Below, in pieces: positions 24,950 to 37,490 of a DNA stretch of 64,000 nucleotides. The notes beneath the pieces are model-generated. The model was not told the origin of the DNA. It saw only the letters and a program-made list of their open reading frames with translations, and ran no database searches. Position 1 is the first letter of the stretch; every line of letters starts with the position of its first letter. This stretch comes from Callorhinchus milii. Taxonomy: Eukaryota. Location: positions 63,304,001 to 63,368,000 of the forward strand of contig NW_024704742.1 of NCBI RefSeq assembly GCF_018977255.1, in the 5' to 3' direction. The position numbers and the translations under genes were made by a program.

Positions 24950-25472
24950 ATTGGTTAAAGCACTCACCTCACAAGCGAGAGGACCTGGGTTCGATTCCCG
25001 GGCAGGGCAAAATTTTAGGCAAATTTCCTTACTCCACACGCCTCTGTTCACCTATTAGTAAGTAGGAACCCAGTTGTTAGTCAATTGGATGATCACTTTC
25101 CAAGGGTAATAAGCCCTTCAAAAAAATAACAATTTGGTTAGTCAATCCACGACTGTTCATGGGACACTGCTGGGTGCAATTGGCTGCCTTGTTTCGCTCA
25201 TAAAATATACAGTCAATTCACTGTACAGTATATTCTGTGAAGTGCTTTGAAACGCCTTAGACAACAACAACAACAAGATTGCATTTATAGAGTGCCTTTC
25301 ACCTCGGGAGGACGTCCCAAGGCGCTGGACAGTTGGGTCAGGACCCGAGCAAGGGGGAAATGGTCAGGGTGAGGGGAGGGAAGGGAGGGAGCGAGGAGGG
25401 GGTAGAGAGTCGAGAGGGGAGGTGAAGGCTGCTGTGACGCTACATCAAATGCAAGGATTATTATTATTATAA
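24950..25472 (+). mobile_element. Young SINE (long form) with an antisense L2 tail (~25262-25430) inside its tail
   Basis: B-box ggttcgattcc; long-form block aagtaggaacccagttgttagtc; tail resumes at catcaaatgcaagga(tta)n. Confidence 0.85.
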
Positions 25473-27244
25473 TTTGTGTGTGTCTTTGGCAGGTTACAGA
25501 ATATTCTGGTTTTCATATGTCTGCTTTCAGCACCTTGGGACGTCCTCCTGACGTGAAAGGGGCACTATAAATGTAATTTTGTTGTTGTTGTTGTTGTTGC
25601 AGTGTTCCACAACAAAGAGTCTTTATTGTGTTGCTCAGGTTCCTGCAGGACAGAGCTAAGTTTTATGCTGCTTTTTTCTTGACTTTTTTATTTTTACCTT
25701 CAATACAACTTTTGAAGTGATGGTCTGGTTCAGATGCGACTGTTTCGAGATTGAAATGATTCTTTTCTTCTTTTTACTCATATGGTGGCAGGTGGTTGGG
25801 GATATCAATTTGCTCACCCTATCCCACTCTCTCCCCCCTTCCCCCAGGAAAATAAAGAAAGGAAGAAGCTTTGACTTTTTAAGTTTTGATGCCAGGAAAG
25901 AATTGAGTAAAAATAATCAATATAGAACTAAAACATAATCAGAATTTAAGCTGCAGTCGGCAGAATGAGAGNAAAAATACCTTTAAATTATTCAGTTTTT
26001 AACTCCTTGGAGAGATAAATGGCTTATTAGATTCCGTTCTGCTGAGATCTGGACATGAACCAGACACATTAGTTATGAAAATCAGTTTCATCAACTTGGC
26101 ATTTGTCAAGGAAGATAAAATTTATTAGAGTGCATTATTTATAGTCTGTAGCAGCGCTGAAAGCACTGACAATATGTGATGGGAAGAGCTTTCTTTGAAC
26201 ACTGTTTTAATAACAATTGTACCTAACCTCATACTGTCATGTGAACTGAAAGCTGAAAAGGAACGTCACTTTGAATGTGGCTTATTGCAATAGAAATAGA
26301 ATCCAATTTCAGATTCGAAGGGAATTAGACAAATGATTGCATTTCATTCATCATTAAAGTGTTTGTCTGTGTTATTCTGGAACAACATGAATTACTGTAT
26401 TGAAATGCATATTTAATATTACAACAGACGGATACATACTAACAGAAAGTGAGAAGGAGCTTCATAAATAATAAACAATTAGTCACTAATTATCTGAGGT
26501 ATGAGAAGAAGCAATTAGACAAACATTATGGATTAGGTTTCTGATTTATAAATAGCTGTACCTGAGCAATGAAGATAAATGAACAATCCGCACATTATTA
26601 CAAGAAAATAACATTTTCTGTGTTATTTCCTCAGTAATAATATGTGGATTGTTAATTGTTAAAGTGAACTGATTATGTAGCAGTCAGTAAATCTCCCCAC
26701 ATTTAAAGCCCATCTTAAATCCTTTCTTTACTTGTTTTGGCCTGTTCTTGCCCCCGTTTTGGTCATCTTTAAACCCCTCCTACCCCCCACCCCCACCCTT
26801 CGTTCCTCAGCCACCCCTCATCCAGTCTGAGCTCCAAGTACCTGAACAGCACATTCAATTCCACTAATGACACCAGAGATGAGATCAGAAGGATTAAGCC
26901 AGTGGCAGTACCGCTTGGTAAGATAAAGGTTATTTGGAAGGACAAGAATATGTGTATAAAAACAAGAGTCTGAATGTTATCTTCTTCACTCTGGATCTAG
27001 TGGGCAAAGCATTGTGTGATCAACCAGTTGTAGACAATCAAAGGCTGTTGACTTATAAGATGAACTACTTACATGACAATAATATCAAAATGAAGTGATG
27101 GAGTTACTGATGAAAAACAATATATAACCACTAACAAAAATCCATAAGGTTAAATGACTTAAATGCATATCAAAGATGGATAGATGTCTAAAATAACAGA
27201 AAACAATTTTTAAAAAAATATATATATGCATATATCTATACACA

Positions 27245-27525
27245 CACTTCACAGAATCTCTTCACAGAATTTTATTGCAAAATGTAGTGACTGCATATTC
27301 GTAGGTGAATGTGGCAGTCAATTTGCATGCAGCAATGTCCCAAAATCAGCCATGAAGTGAATGACCAATATTATCTGGGGATTCCTGGCCAGGACACTAG
27401 GAGAAACTCCCTTTTAGTTTTGGATAATATTCAACATTTAACATACAACGAAACAGGCAGTCAGGACCTCATTTTATCTTTTCATCTGAAGGACAGCACC
27501 TCCAACAATCCAGCATTTCCGCAGT
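27245..27525 (-). mobile_element. DeuSINE fragment
   Basis: Antisense Deu core. Confidence 0.7.
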
Positions 27526-28113
27526 TGCTGATACAACATATATAAATAAATCTCCACCAACAGATGAAATGAATTTGGTACATATAAAGATAGATAGATG
27601 TATCACATCCAAGAATGAAAAAAAAACTGACATTCAAAATATATATATATAGATATATACGTGCTGGATTGCCAGCATAGACTATGTAAGTTTACATGAA
27701 TCACCATACTTTCGCTTAAAATTATGGAATTTCCAAAATAATTAGGTCAACTTTGGTCACCACAATAAGTCTGACCCCTCTACAACTGAAGAAATCCTAA
27801 ACTGTCTACATTTTTCAAGACCTCGGTTTGATTCCCGGCAGGGTGAAATGTTGGGCAAGTTTCCGTTTATAATAATAATATAATAATAATAATATTCCAC
27901 ACGCCTCTGTTTACCTAGCAAAAGTAGGAACCTGGTTGTTAGTCGATTGGCAGATTGCTTTTCCAGGGGTAATAATTCCTTTTTAAAAAAAATTGGTCAC
28001 TTCAATCCACGACTGTTCGTATGACACTGCTGTGAACAATTGGCTGCCGCATTTTGCCCACAAAATATACAGTCAATTCACGTTACAGTATATTCTGTGA
28101 AGCGCTTTGAGAC

Positions 28114-28682
28114 AACAAGAACAACAACAAGATTACATTTGTATAGCACCTTTCACCTTGGGAGGATCTCCCAAGGCGCTGGACAGTCAGAATTTTGGAC
28201 CCAAGCTGGGGGTCGGGGAGAGTGGAGGGCAGGGTGATCAAAACCACGGTCGTTAAGGAGGTTCTTGAGATGAGTCTTGAAGGAAATAAGGGAGGGGCGA
28301 GGCGGAGGGATTGTGGGATGGAGTTCCAGAGTGGCAGAAGGCCCACACGCCAATGGTGGGGTGGGCGAGGCGGGTGACATGAAACAGGCCGGAGTCCGCT
28401 GAGTGGAGGGAGCGGGCAGGATGGTAGAGGGTTAGGAGGTCACAGAGGTAGGGGGGAGAAAGGCCATGGAGAGCTTTAAAGGATCTTGAACTATATCCTC
28501 TGTGTGATGGGAAGCCAATGGAGTCGGCCGAGGATGGGGGTGATAGGGTCACAGAGCCTGGTGCGGGAGAGGACACGGGCTGCAGAGTTCTGGATGATCT
28601 GCAACCTATGGAAGGAGGAGTTGGGGAGGCCAACAAGTAAGGAGTTTGCATATTCAAGCTTCGATGTAATGAATAAAGACGT
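28114..28682 (-). mobile_element. L2 3' fragment
   Basis: FKALHGLSPPYLCDLL motif; (CAA)n at the left end. Confidence 0.85.
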
Positions 28683-28713
28683 CTTTGAGACGTCTCGAAG
28701 ACGTAATGAGGCA

Positions 28714-28899
28714 ACAACAACAAGATTCCATTTATAGAGCGCCTTTCACGTCGGGAGGACGTCCCAAGGCGCTGGAAAGTTGGGTCAGGACCCGAGCAGG
28801 GGGGAAATGGTCAGGGTGAGAGGAAGGGAGGGAGCGAAGAGGGGGTAGAGAGTCAAGAGGGGAGCTGAAGACACGGTCAAAGAGAAAGGTCTTGAAACC
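28714..28899 (-). mobile_element. L2 3' tail
   Basis: Near-identical to 25262-25430 and to the reverse complement of 33520-33697. Confidence 0.85.
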
Positions 28900-29439
28900 T
28901 GAGGCACTATATCAAATACAAGGATTATTATTATTTGTTATTCCTCCTTTCTTCCAACTGCATTTGTTTTCTTCACAGGAGTAGGTTGAGCCTAAATAAA
29001 AAGTGAAATCAGATAGTTTAACTGGAAAGAAAACACTTATTATGGTGTATAACTGGGGCTTATTTGCAATACAATCTAAAAATGACACAGGTGAGTCAAG
29101 CTGAGATAATTCAAGAGTTTTTTTGCAATTATTTCAAATTCATTGAAATATTTGTCTCTTTGTCAGTATAAATTGGGTTTCTTACAAATTGACTTAAAAG
29201 AGATTTGGTTTGTAGTTTGTTCTTTTCACTGTTCATATTGTATTTGAAATGGTGACCCATATGTGGAAGTCAGTTTATTGGAATTAATATAGCTGAAGAG
29301 ACTGGACCATCACTCAGGCAACTCTTCAAACTTAACTCTTAAGTGAATTTCTTTCATCTTACTGACTTTGTTCTCCTAAACATTTATTGGAATACTAGAT
29401 CTGTTACTTTGCACTTAAGTAACAGTTGGTAGTATTTCA

Positions 29440-29940
29440 CAGATTGTTGGCCAGGACACTGAAAACTACCCCAGCACTGCACTGGAGTCAGCCTTGACCT
29501 GTGACTTGAAAGTCCCAACATGGGGCTTGAACCTCTGTGACCTCCTAACCCCCTACCAACCTGCCCGCTCCCTCTGCACAGCCAGCTCCAGTCTGCTCCA
29601 CATCCCCCAACTCATCCACCCCACCATTGGTGAGAGAGCCTTCAGCCACACTGCCCCCAACCTCTGGAATTCCATCCCCCAGTCACTCCGCCTCGCCCCC
29701 TCCTTAGCCTCCTCAAGTCCTGCCTCAAGACCCTCCTCTTCGACTATGCCATCAGCCACCCCCCTTCCCCTCCCCTCCCTTCTCCCCCTTGACCCCAGCT
29801 CGGGTCTGAAATGCTGTACACTGTCCAGCGCCTTGGGACGTCCTCCCGACGTGAAAGGCGCTATACAAATGTAATCTTCCTGCTGTTGTTGAACCCACAG
29901 CCTTCTGACCCAGAAGCGAGTGCTACCAACTGAGCCAAGC
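29440..29940 (-). mobile_element. DeuSINE interrupted by L2 (+, 29534-29890)
   Basis: ggggcttgaacc | cacagccttctgac rejoined; TSD ttgaacc. Confidence 0.8.
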
Positions 29941-31664
29941 AGGAACATGCGAAACAAAATGTTCTCAGCAATATTAATTTTAAGAAACCTTGACAATTTT
30001 ATATTCTTGCTCCAGTTATATCACAAGATTATAATCTTGTCCATAATTCCATAAACTGCATTTGTTTAATCGCACAAATTGCCATCGGTGACAATCACGA
30101 TATCACAAGTGGCTTTCCCACTAGACACCACATCCAACATTAACATAATTATCACAAAATACAGTCCAAGGTTTGCCTGATTTCTTCTATTTCTACATTA
30201 CTATCCTCATCAAAACAGCTACATTGAAAATATAGTAGCCTTGTTTCCAGGCAGCTGATGCACTTGTTTGATGCAAACAATAAAGAAGCTCTACTTGATG
30301 TGAAGGTAAAAGAATTTCCAACTCCCACAGCTTGGATATTAAACATTAAAGATTCCGGAGTAGTCTCAGATAGATAACAGGCTTCTTCCTCTCCCAGTAA
30401 TTTAGCATAATACCTAAGGGCAATTATATTTTGGAAGTTGAACTGAAGATATTCTACTCCCTCAAATATTGTGCAGATAGAAACTTGGTGTTGCAAGGAT
30501 TTATTCTTTGTTGTTGTGCTCTAAGTTTTAATACATTCTTCCAAGAGAATGTAGAGTTGTAACTTTTTTCGTTCATCCCAACCGTCGTCTTACAAACAGA
30601 TCATACACCGTGGATATATCCAAAGTAAGATTTAATTGCAATTGCAAGAGCTGATTCAAGAGCAGTCAACAGTTTATAAGAAGAGCACCGGACAGTCAAA
30701 AGAATGAGCTGCCGATGGTCAGTTAAAGCAGCCTTTTTATCACCAAAAAGTGCTGAAGGTTGTAATACATACAAAGGCAGTTAAAATAGTATTATCAATC
30801 ATGTGGCTCCAACAACTATTCGAATGGTGACGTCAATCAATCCATATCTCTTAACAAGGTTAAATGTCGTCTACTGATTAGTCTCTATTCATGCTGATTA
30901 TTATTCTTTTAAGAGTCAAGAAAATACAATTGTCAGAGAGTATGTACCTGATTAATACCGTTGTCTAAAATACACAAGATATATTCTAAAGCTATCTAGC
31001 AAGAATGTAACCTTTAAACTTATAACACAGAGTAAGTAATAATGAAAGAAGGGGACCCAGGTTAGGGGATGATTCAGGGACCTTTGAGGCATAAGCTTAT
31101 CTCCAGATGGTGTTTGTGTCAGACAATGTCTCATTTATTTCAAGGTTTGCAGAAGTTACTGTTTCCCTGCTTCTGTGAAATACCCAGATAAGGATGCAGC
31201 TGGCATTGTGCCAAGTCTGCGTTTCCCAGGACTTGCTTCTGTTCATCTAATAGTTGGTTAAAAGGTATAAAATTATTCCTAGGTATAAAAGATTTTTTTT
31301 CTACAATCTCACAAGAATGAAAGATTAGATAATCATTCCCTCAAAGAAAAATAAGCTACAAGGTGCACAACAACAACTTCAACAACATCTTGCACTTATA
31401 TAGCACCTTCCACGCAGGGTGGCGTCTCAGAGCGCTTATTGTCAGATACAACAAATGTCTCCTTATTGTCGGATACAAGAAACCCAACCTCCTAGAATGG
31501 AAAGTATCAGTGAGAAAAAGATTAAAGATCTTTTATTAAATATACTTACAAAAAAGAGATGTGTTAGGAATAAACGGGACAGGACAAATAGAGCAGAATC
31601 CCCCTGCGAAGAAAATAAGATATTATCAATGAGTGTATTTCCCTACATAGTCTGTGTTTAACAT

Positions 31665-31962
31665 CTTCAGATGAGATGTTAAACCAGGGTCCCATCTGCC
31701 TGTTCAAATGAATGCTAAAGATCCCATGGCACTATTTGAAAAGAGAAAGGAGTTACTCCTGGCCAACAATCTCCCAGATAAAAAAAAGTTGGTCACTCAC
31801 TAGATGGCTGCTTGTAGGACGTTGCTGTGCGCAACTGGCTCCCATGTTTCACCCATAAAATACAGTCACTCCACTTTACAGTATATCCTCCAGTCAAGTA
31901 CTTAGAGACGTCGCAACAATGTGATAAGGTGCTATATCAAATGCAATTATTATTATTATTAT
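31665..31962 (+). mobile_element. DeuSINE core and tail
   Basis: cttcagatgagatgttaaacc...aaagatcccatggcactatttgaa...(tta)n. Confidence 0.85.
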
Positions 31963-32007
31963 TTGAACTCATATAGTCTACTTAATCTATCATTGACTAT
32001 TTAATCT

Positions 32008-33036
32008 CTTTGGAATTGAACTGGCTCCAAGGTGACATGCAACACCAACAACAACTTGGATTCATATAGCACCCTTCACGCACAATTAAAAAGGAAGGTC
32101 TTCAGGAGGGATGTGAAGGTGGGGAGGGAGGGGGCAAGGCGGAGGGATCGAGGGAAAGAGTTCTTGAGTTTTGGGGCATAGAGGCTGGTGTGAAGGGGAC
32201 GAGGGACAATTAGGAGGCCGGAGGCAGCTGAGCTTAGGCAGCAGGTGGTGGAGTGGGGATTAAGCAGGTCGGATAGGTAGAGAGGTGCGAGGGAATTAAG
32301 TGATTTGAATATGAGTGAGAGAATCTTGAAGTCGATCTGTTCAGTGATTTGGAGCCAGTAGAGCCTGGCAAGGACTCTGGTGTGATTTGGTACGGAGTTT
32401 TGTGCGTGTGAATATCCGGGCGGCGGAGTTTTGAATTAAGTGGATTTTGTGTATTGTGGAGCTGGGGAGACCAACAAGGAGGGCAGTGCAATAGTCCAGC
32501 TGGGAAGTGACAATGGCATGGCGAGGGTTTCAGCTGCTTTTCAACATGCCTGGCAATGGAATGTCTGAATCGAGCCAGCCCTGAGCCAGGCGGGTCCGCA
32601 GTGTTCCCGGGCACTGCCGATAACAGCACACCCAGCCTGGCTTATTGGCAGGACCTGGAAGGGCAGTCCAGTCACTGGGAGCAAGCCCTAATAGGTAGGG
32701 TGGTTCTAGATGGATAAGCAGTGGGAAAGCTTGCGGAACAGCAACATGAATGGCAAGCTGTGCGAATTTAGCTGGTTAGACTCCAGCAGTACCTCAACAC
32801 ACACTCTGGGGTCCCCAAGTCTTGCCTCTTGCTGACCTGCGCTTAATACTTTCCGTAATTAGGTAAACAGGATGCATCCCTCCAGGAAGAGAGCATGCAT
32901 TCCATTCCAACAGTCTATCTCTGGGATTTCTATGTGTGTAGGTGGGATGCAGGGAAATCTCAGCTTGCTTTGGACACTCTTAAGTATAGTGCTGGGTTTC
33001 CGCATATGTCAGATCCCTGGCTGACCAACAAAAAAT
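32008..33036 (+). repeat. Family U repeat interrupted by L2 (-, 32041-32543)
   Basis: Collinear with 51585-52150; ends gtcagatccctggctgaccaacaaaaaa; TSD acatgc. Confidence 0.8.
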
Positions 33037-33434
33037 TATAAATTGTAAGCCAATTGCTTTATCAGTGTCAATAGATTCAAGGCAATTGAGTCAGTCCATG
33101 AAATCATAATCTGTTGTTCTTGGTTTGAACCCTGATTTGGTTTATCCCTGGTTAAAACACATTGTGTTTATTCTTGAACATTTCTGTTTTTTTTCTGTAG
33201 AGGTTTTCTGTTCTTTGGCCCAATGCTGAGCTGGATAAAGGATCACAGTGTTGTAGGATAACACGGTTTTGTAATTTGATACATCAGGAATCTCACAGAA
33301 AATTATTTTTCTAACTATTATTTAATGGAAAAATGAGATTCATGAGCACATTCATAGTTCAGCACATATTAATGCAAAATAAATGTTTCTTATCGAATTA
33401 TATAATCATACAAATACTGAAGTACTAAGCCCTA

Positions 33435-33697
33435 ACCGCCCTACCATCGGTGGCCGGGCCTTCAGCCTCTCAGCCCCTAGGCTCTGGAACTCTATCCCCC
33501 AGTCAAGGCCAGTCTCAAGACCTTTCTCTTTGACCGTGCCTTCAGCTCCCCTCTCGACTCTCTACCCCCTCCTCGCTCCCTCCCTTCCCTCCCCCTGACC
33601 ATTTCCCCCCTGCTTGGGTCCTGACCCAACTGTCCAGCGCCTTGGGACGTCCTTCCGACGTGAAAGGCACTCTATAAGTGAAATCTTGTTGTTGTTG
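33435..33697 (+). mobile_element. L2 3' end
   Basis: PTIGGRAFSLSAPRLWNSIP; (TTG)n tail. Confidence 0.85.
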
Positions 33698-33894
33698 AAG
33701 GAGGTCTTTCAGCCCATCAACTCTCTGTTGCTTTTTACTTCACCAAATTGCTCTGCTCTGTGGTCAATATTATTTATTTCAAGTATTCATCCAATACCCT
33801 TTAAAAGTTGTTATGGATTCAAGCTCCACTATTTTATCGCAGCTAAAATATTGCTCTTAGTTACTTTATTGTGTTGAAAGAGAATTTATGTTAA

Positions 33895-34140
33895 ACTAAA
33901 AAAGAATTGAGGAGGAATTACTTTGCAGAGAGGTTGCTGAGAATGTGGAAGTCACTGCTAAAACTGTTTAATCACACTGTATAGATATATTTAAGAGGAG
34001 GTTAGATGTACACATCAAGGAGATGAGAATAGAAGGGTACAAGAGGGATTAAGGTATGGGGGGGAGACTCGTGTGGAGTATAAACAACAGTACAGTATAG
34101 TTGGCTAAATCATCTGTTTCTGTGCTGTACAGTCTATAAA
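33895..34140 (+). mobile_element. CR1 3' end
   Basis: RRNYFAERLLRMWKSL and FKRRLD motifs. Confidence 0.65.
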
Positions 34141-34204
34141 TCTTTCACCACCACTGGATGAAGGACAATTATTTCCCACGTGACATGACTACTGGGATCT
34201 AGTA

Positions 34205-34470
34205 TTCAATGATTGGTAGCACTCTCACTTTTGATCTACAGTCTATGCTGACAATCCAACGCAGTCATGGGGATGTGCTGCATTGTTGGAGGTGCCTTCA
34301 TTCAGTGGAGATGTTAAACCAAAGTCACATCTGCCATTTCAGTTGGACATCTCGTGGTTCTATTAAAAAAGAAAAGGGAATTATTCCCTGTGTCCTGGCC
34401 AACGATCCCCCAGATAAAATTGATTATTCACTTTAGTGGGACATTGCTGTTTGCAAATTGGAGGTGGATT
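34205..34470 (+). mobile_element. DeuSINE, degenerate
   Basis: gtgctgcattgttggaggtgcc...gatgttaaacc...tgtcctggccaac. Confidence 0.65.
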
Positions 34471-35077
34471 GAGTGACCAAATTATTATAATTTTTTAATT
34501 AAGAAATCTGTTAAAACGTCACAAAATTCCACAAGACTTCCTTTTTAGCAGTCTTTGCCCTCAACAATAACAATAATACCAATAATAATAATCCTTGCAC
34601 TTAAACACCTTTCAAACGTGTTATGTCAGGGCCATGTGTCAAAGTGCTTCACAGGGATTACTCTAAAGTGTAGTGAATTGTATTTTGTAGGCGAGAAATA
34701 CAGCTCTATGTAATCATGGAATTCTCTGAAACATTTACTGCAATATGTGTTGAAAACCATTTAATGCATGGAAGTCTTTGATCTGGAAGCAGAAAAGATG
34801 GGAATTCATATAGACGAGCAGGGAATTGAATGCAAGGCGCCTACAGAATAACAACGGCTTCACAGCCAAAAATGTGCATTCCAGAGATAGGATACAAATT
34901 ATTCAATTCGCAACAATAATACCTGATTTTTTTTGGCTTACTTTGCTACAACCAAAATTGATAATTGTTTAACTAAATTTGGCTCCAATGACCATGTGAA
35001 CAATTCATAAGCTCTGTAAAAGGAACAGAGCTGGAAAGGAACAGAAAGGAAAGTAGTGGATAAGTTGCTGAGAACTT

Positions 35078-35440
35078 AACAGCAACAAAATACATTTGTA
35101 CAGTGCGTTTCACATTGGGATGACTTTCCAAGGAGCTGAACGGTCAGGATTTGTACCCAGGGTTGGAATCAGGAGAGGTGGAGGGCAGGGAGGGTAGGGG
35201 TCAGAGGTTGACCGAAGTCGCAGTCAAAGAGGAGGGTCCTGAAGGAGGCAAGGGAGGGGGCGAAGCAAAGGGATGGAGTTCCACAGGGTGGGGGTAGAAA
35301 GACCAAAGGCCCAACTGCTGATGGTGGGGCAAATCAGAGTCCACTGAGTGGAGGGAGCGCCTAGGCCAGTTTGGGGTTAGCAGGTCACAGGTAAACAGGA
35401 GAGCCTTGTTCTTTTTGACATTCAACTGGAGAAAGTTAAC
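35078..35440 (-). mobile_element. L2 3' fragment
   Basis: Antisense L2 tail and CDLLTP...RSLHS motif. Confidence 0.65.
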
Positions 35441-36015
35441 TCTTGAAACTTAAATTAAACTTTCCATTCTGTTACTAAGCTAACTCTGTGATGCAGGAAA
35501 ATGATTGAAAATTTTATATTAATAACAATCACAATGTTGTTGTCTATCAGACATTAGTGACTTGAATAAAAGGTTTCTTTTCATTTTATTTTAACTGTCT
35601 GCCCTCAGCACCGAGGAATATATTAACCACAGAAATTTACAGCGCAGAAAGAGATCATTCAGCCCAAGCGTCTGTGTATCTCTCTGAAAGAGCAATCCAA
35701 AAGCAGTGGAAGAAGTTCTATAAGAAGGCATAATTTCCTGCAGGACATCTGGGAACTGTGTATGTTTGATAAGAGACATCATCACTCAGGATAATGCCAA
35801 TGTTTTCATTTTACCTCCAGCTGTGGCAGCAAGAGTAAAATGTGAGTTTTCAAATCAGTGGTTTCAAAGTACCAATACATTTGGATGTAGGTGCTACAAA
35901 GGCAACTGCTTCTCTGAGTCCAAATAATGAGGGGCAATTCCATAGCTATAGGCAGCACATCTAAAAGGGAGTTCAGGAGAAACTTCTTACTCAGAGGTTG
36001 TTGTGAACATCTCCC

Positions 36016-36230
36016 ACAACAACAACTTGCATTTATATAGTGTCCCAGAGGGCTTGACAGTGGCAGAGCACGACACTGAGTCGGAGTGAAAGGGGAGGTG
36101 ACTGTAGGAACAGTCAAGGAAAAAGATCTTCAGGCATAACCTGAAGATTGGGAATTAGGGAACAAGGCGGAGGGATAGAGGAAAATTGTTCCAGAATTTT
36201 GGGGCATAGTGGCTGAAAGCATGGCCAATG
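36016..36230 (-). mobile_element. L2 3' tail
   Basis: caacaacaacttgcatttatatag...ttggggcatagtggctgaaagc. Confidence 0.7.
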
Positions 36231-36687
36231 ATATTATAATAATAATCTCCCATAATTATAATCCTCCAGTTCTGCACTGGATTGTCAACTTGGACTGTAA
36301 GATCAAAGGCCTGACATGACTTTTAAGCATGGTTGCTACTACTTGGGGATTTATTGAGTTGTTAGAAATATTCTTTTTTTGAGGGAGTTTTTCTGACATT
36401 ATTAAGATGGAGCAAAACAATACATTCTAAAGTAGAAAAATACAAATCAATCAATAATGTTTCCGGCACAGAGTATCTTTACTAATAACAGCACAAATAT
36501 TTCAATATGTTGCTCAATTTGAGACTTATCTCAAACGTGATCTATTGTGGTTAGAGTCTATATGAGGAATTAAAAACTCTCTGGCACAAACCATTGCTGA
36601 AGCAAAAATCTATAAATTATTTGAAATTGTTTGTAAGGGAATTGAATAGATGTTTAAAAAGAGGATTATTAAAGGGCATAGGGAATG

Positions 36688-36933
36688 AACATAAGAACAT
36701 AAGAATTTGCTGGGCGAAAGAAGAACAAGGTCCATCTAGTTTGTCTTCCACTATCCTGGCAGTCGCTTGACATGTTGTGTACCAAACTATATATTATATC
36801 CTGAGATATTATTTTCTAGCACAAATCTATCTAACTTGCTCTTGAAACAAACAATATTTTCTGCTTCCACCGTCTCCCTAGGGTGCCTGTTCCATAAGTT
36901 TACTACTCGCTCACTGAAGTAGTGTTTCCGCAG
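36688..36933 (-). mobile_element. CR1 ORF2 C-terminus and tail
   Basis: LRKHYFSERVVNLWNRHPRETVEAENIVCFKSKLDRF; (aacataag)n tail. Confidence 0.85.
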
Positions 36934-36936
36934 GAA

Positions 36937-37490
36937 GCAAAATACTGCAGATAAATAAGAGGTGTCGCTATGAGAACCTGCATGGGTCCTAGCTACGCCT
37001 GCCTGTTTTTGGAGACATTGAACAATCTTTGTTCCAATCTTACTCAGGTCATTATCTCCCTGGTCCACTCCTCTATCACCACTAACACCTGTTTTTCCTC
37101 CCCTGGTACCTTCCTATGCCAGCGCAGGAGATGCAACACCTCCTCCAATACCACTGTCCAGGGCCCCAAACACTACTTTCAGGTAAGACAGCGATTTACA
37201 TGTACTTCCACTAACTTAGTATATAGCATTCGCTGCTCACCATGTGGTTTCCTCTACATCGGGGAGACCAAACACAGATTGGCTGATCACTTTGCCGAAC
37301 ATTTCCATTCCGTCCGCAATTGCAACCCAGAGCTTCCAGTCGCTTGCCACTTTAATTCTCTTCTGCCACCCCTACGCTGACCTCTCTGCTGTTCGAACGA
37401 AGCACAACACAAGCTCGAAGAACAGCACTTCATCTACCCCCATGGCACCTTACAGCCCTCTGGCCTCAACATTGATTTTAACCTTAAACA
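36937..37490 (+). mobile_element. Penelope-like element, internally deleted (RT motif fused to GIY-YIG endonuclease)
   Basis: GVAMRTCMGPSYACLF, then FTCTSTNLVYSIRCSPCGFLYIGETKHRLADHFAEH...PVACHFN, then KLEEQHFI. Confidence 0.88.

Larger units (their letters stand above)
27825..28935 (+). mobile_element. Young SINE (long form) interrupted twice by antisense L2
   Basis: Tail pieces rejoin across TSDs ctttgagac and tgaggca. Confidence 0.85.

Noticed and set aside
25526..25546. REST/RE1-like ttcagcaccttgggac (also agcaccggacag near 30684)
   Set aside because: Wrong half-site spacing; the first is simply part of an L2 tail.
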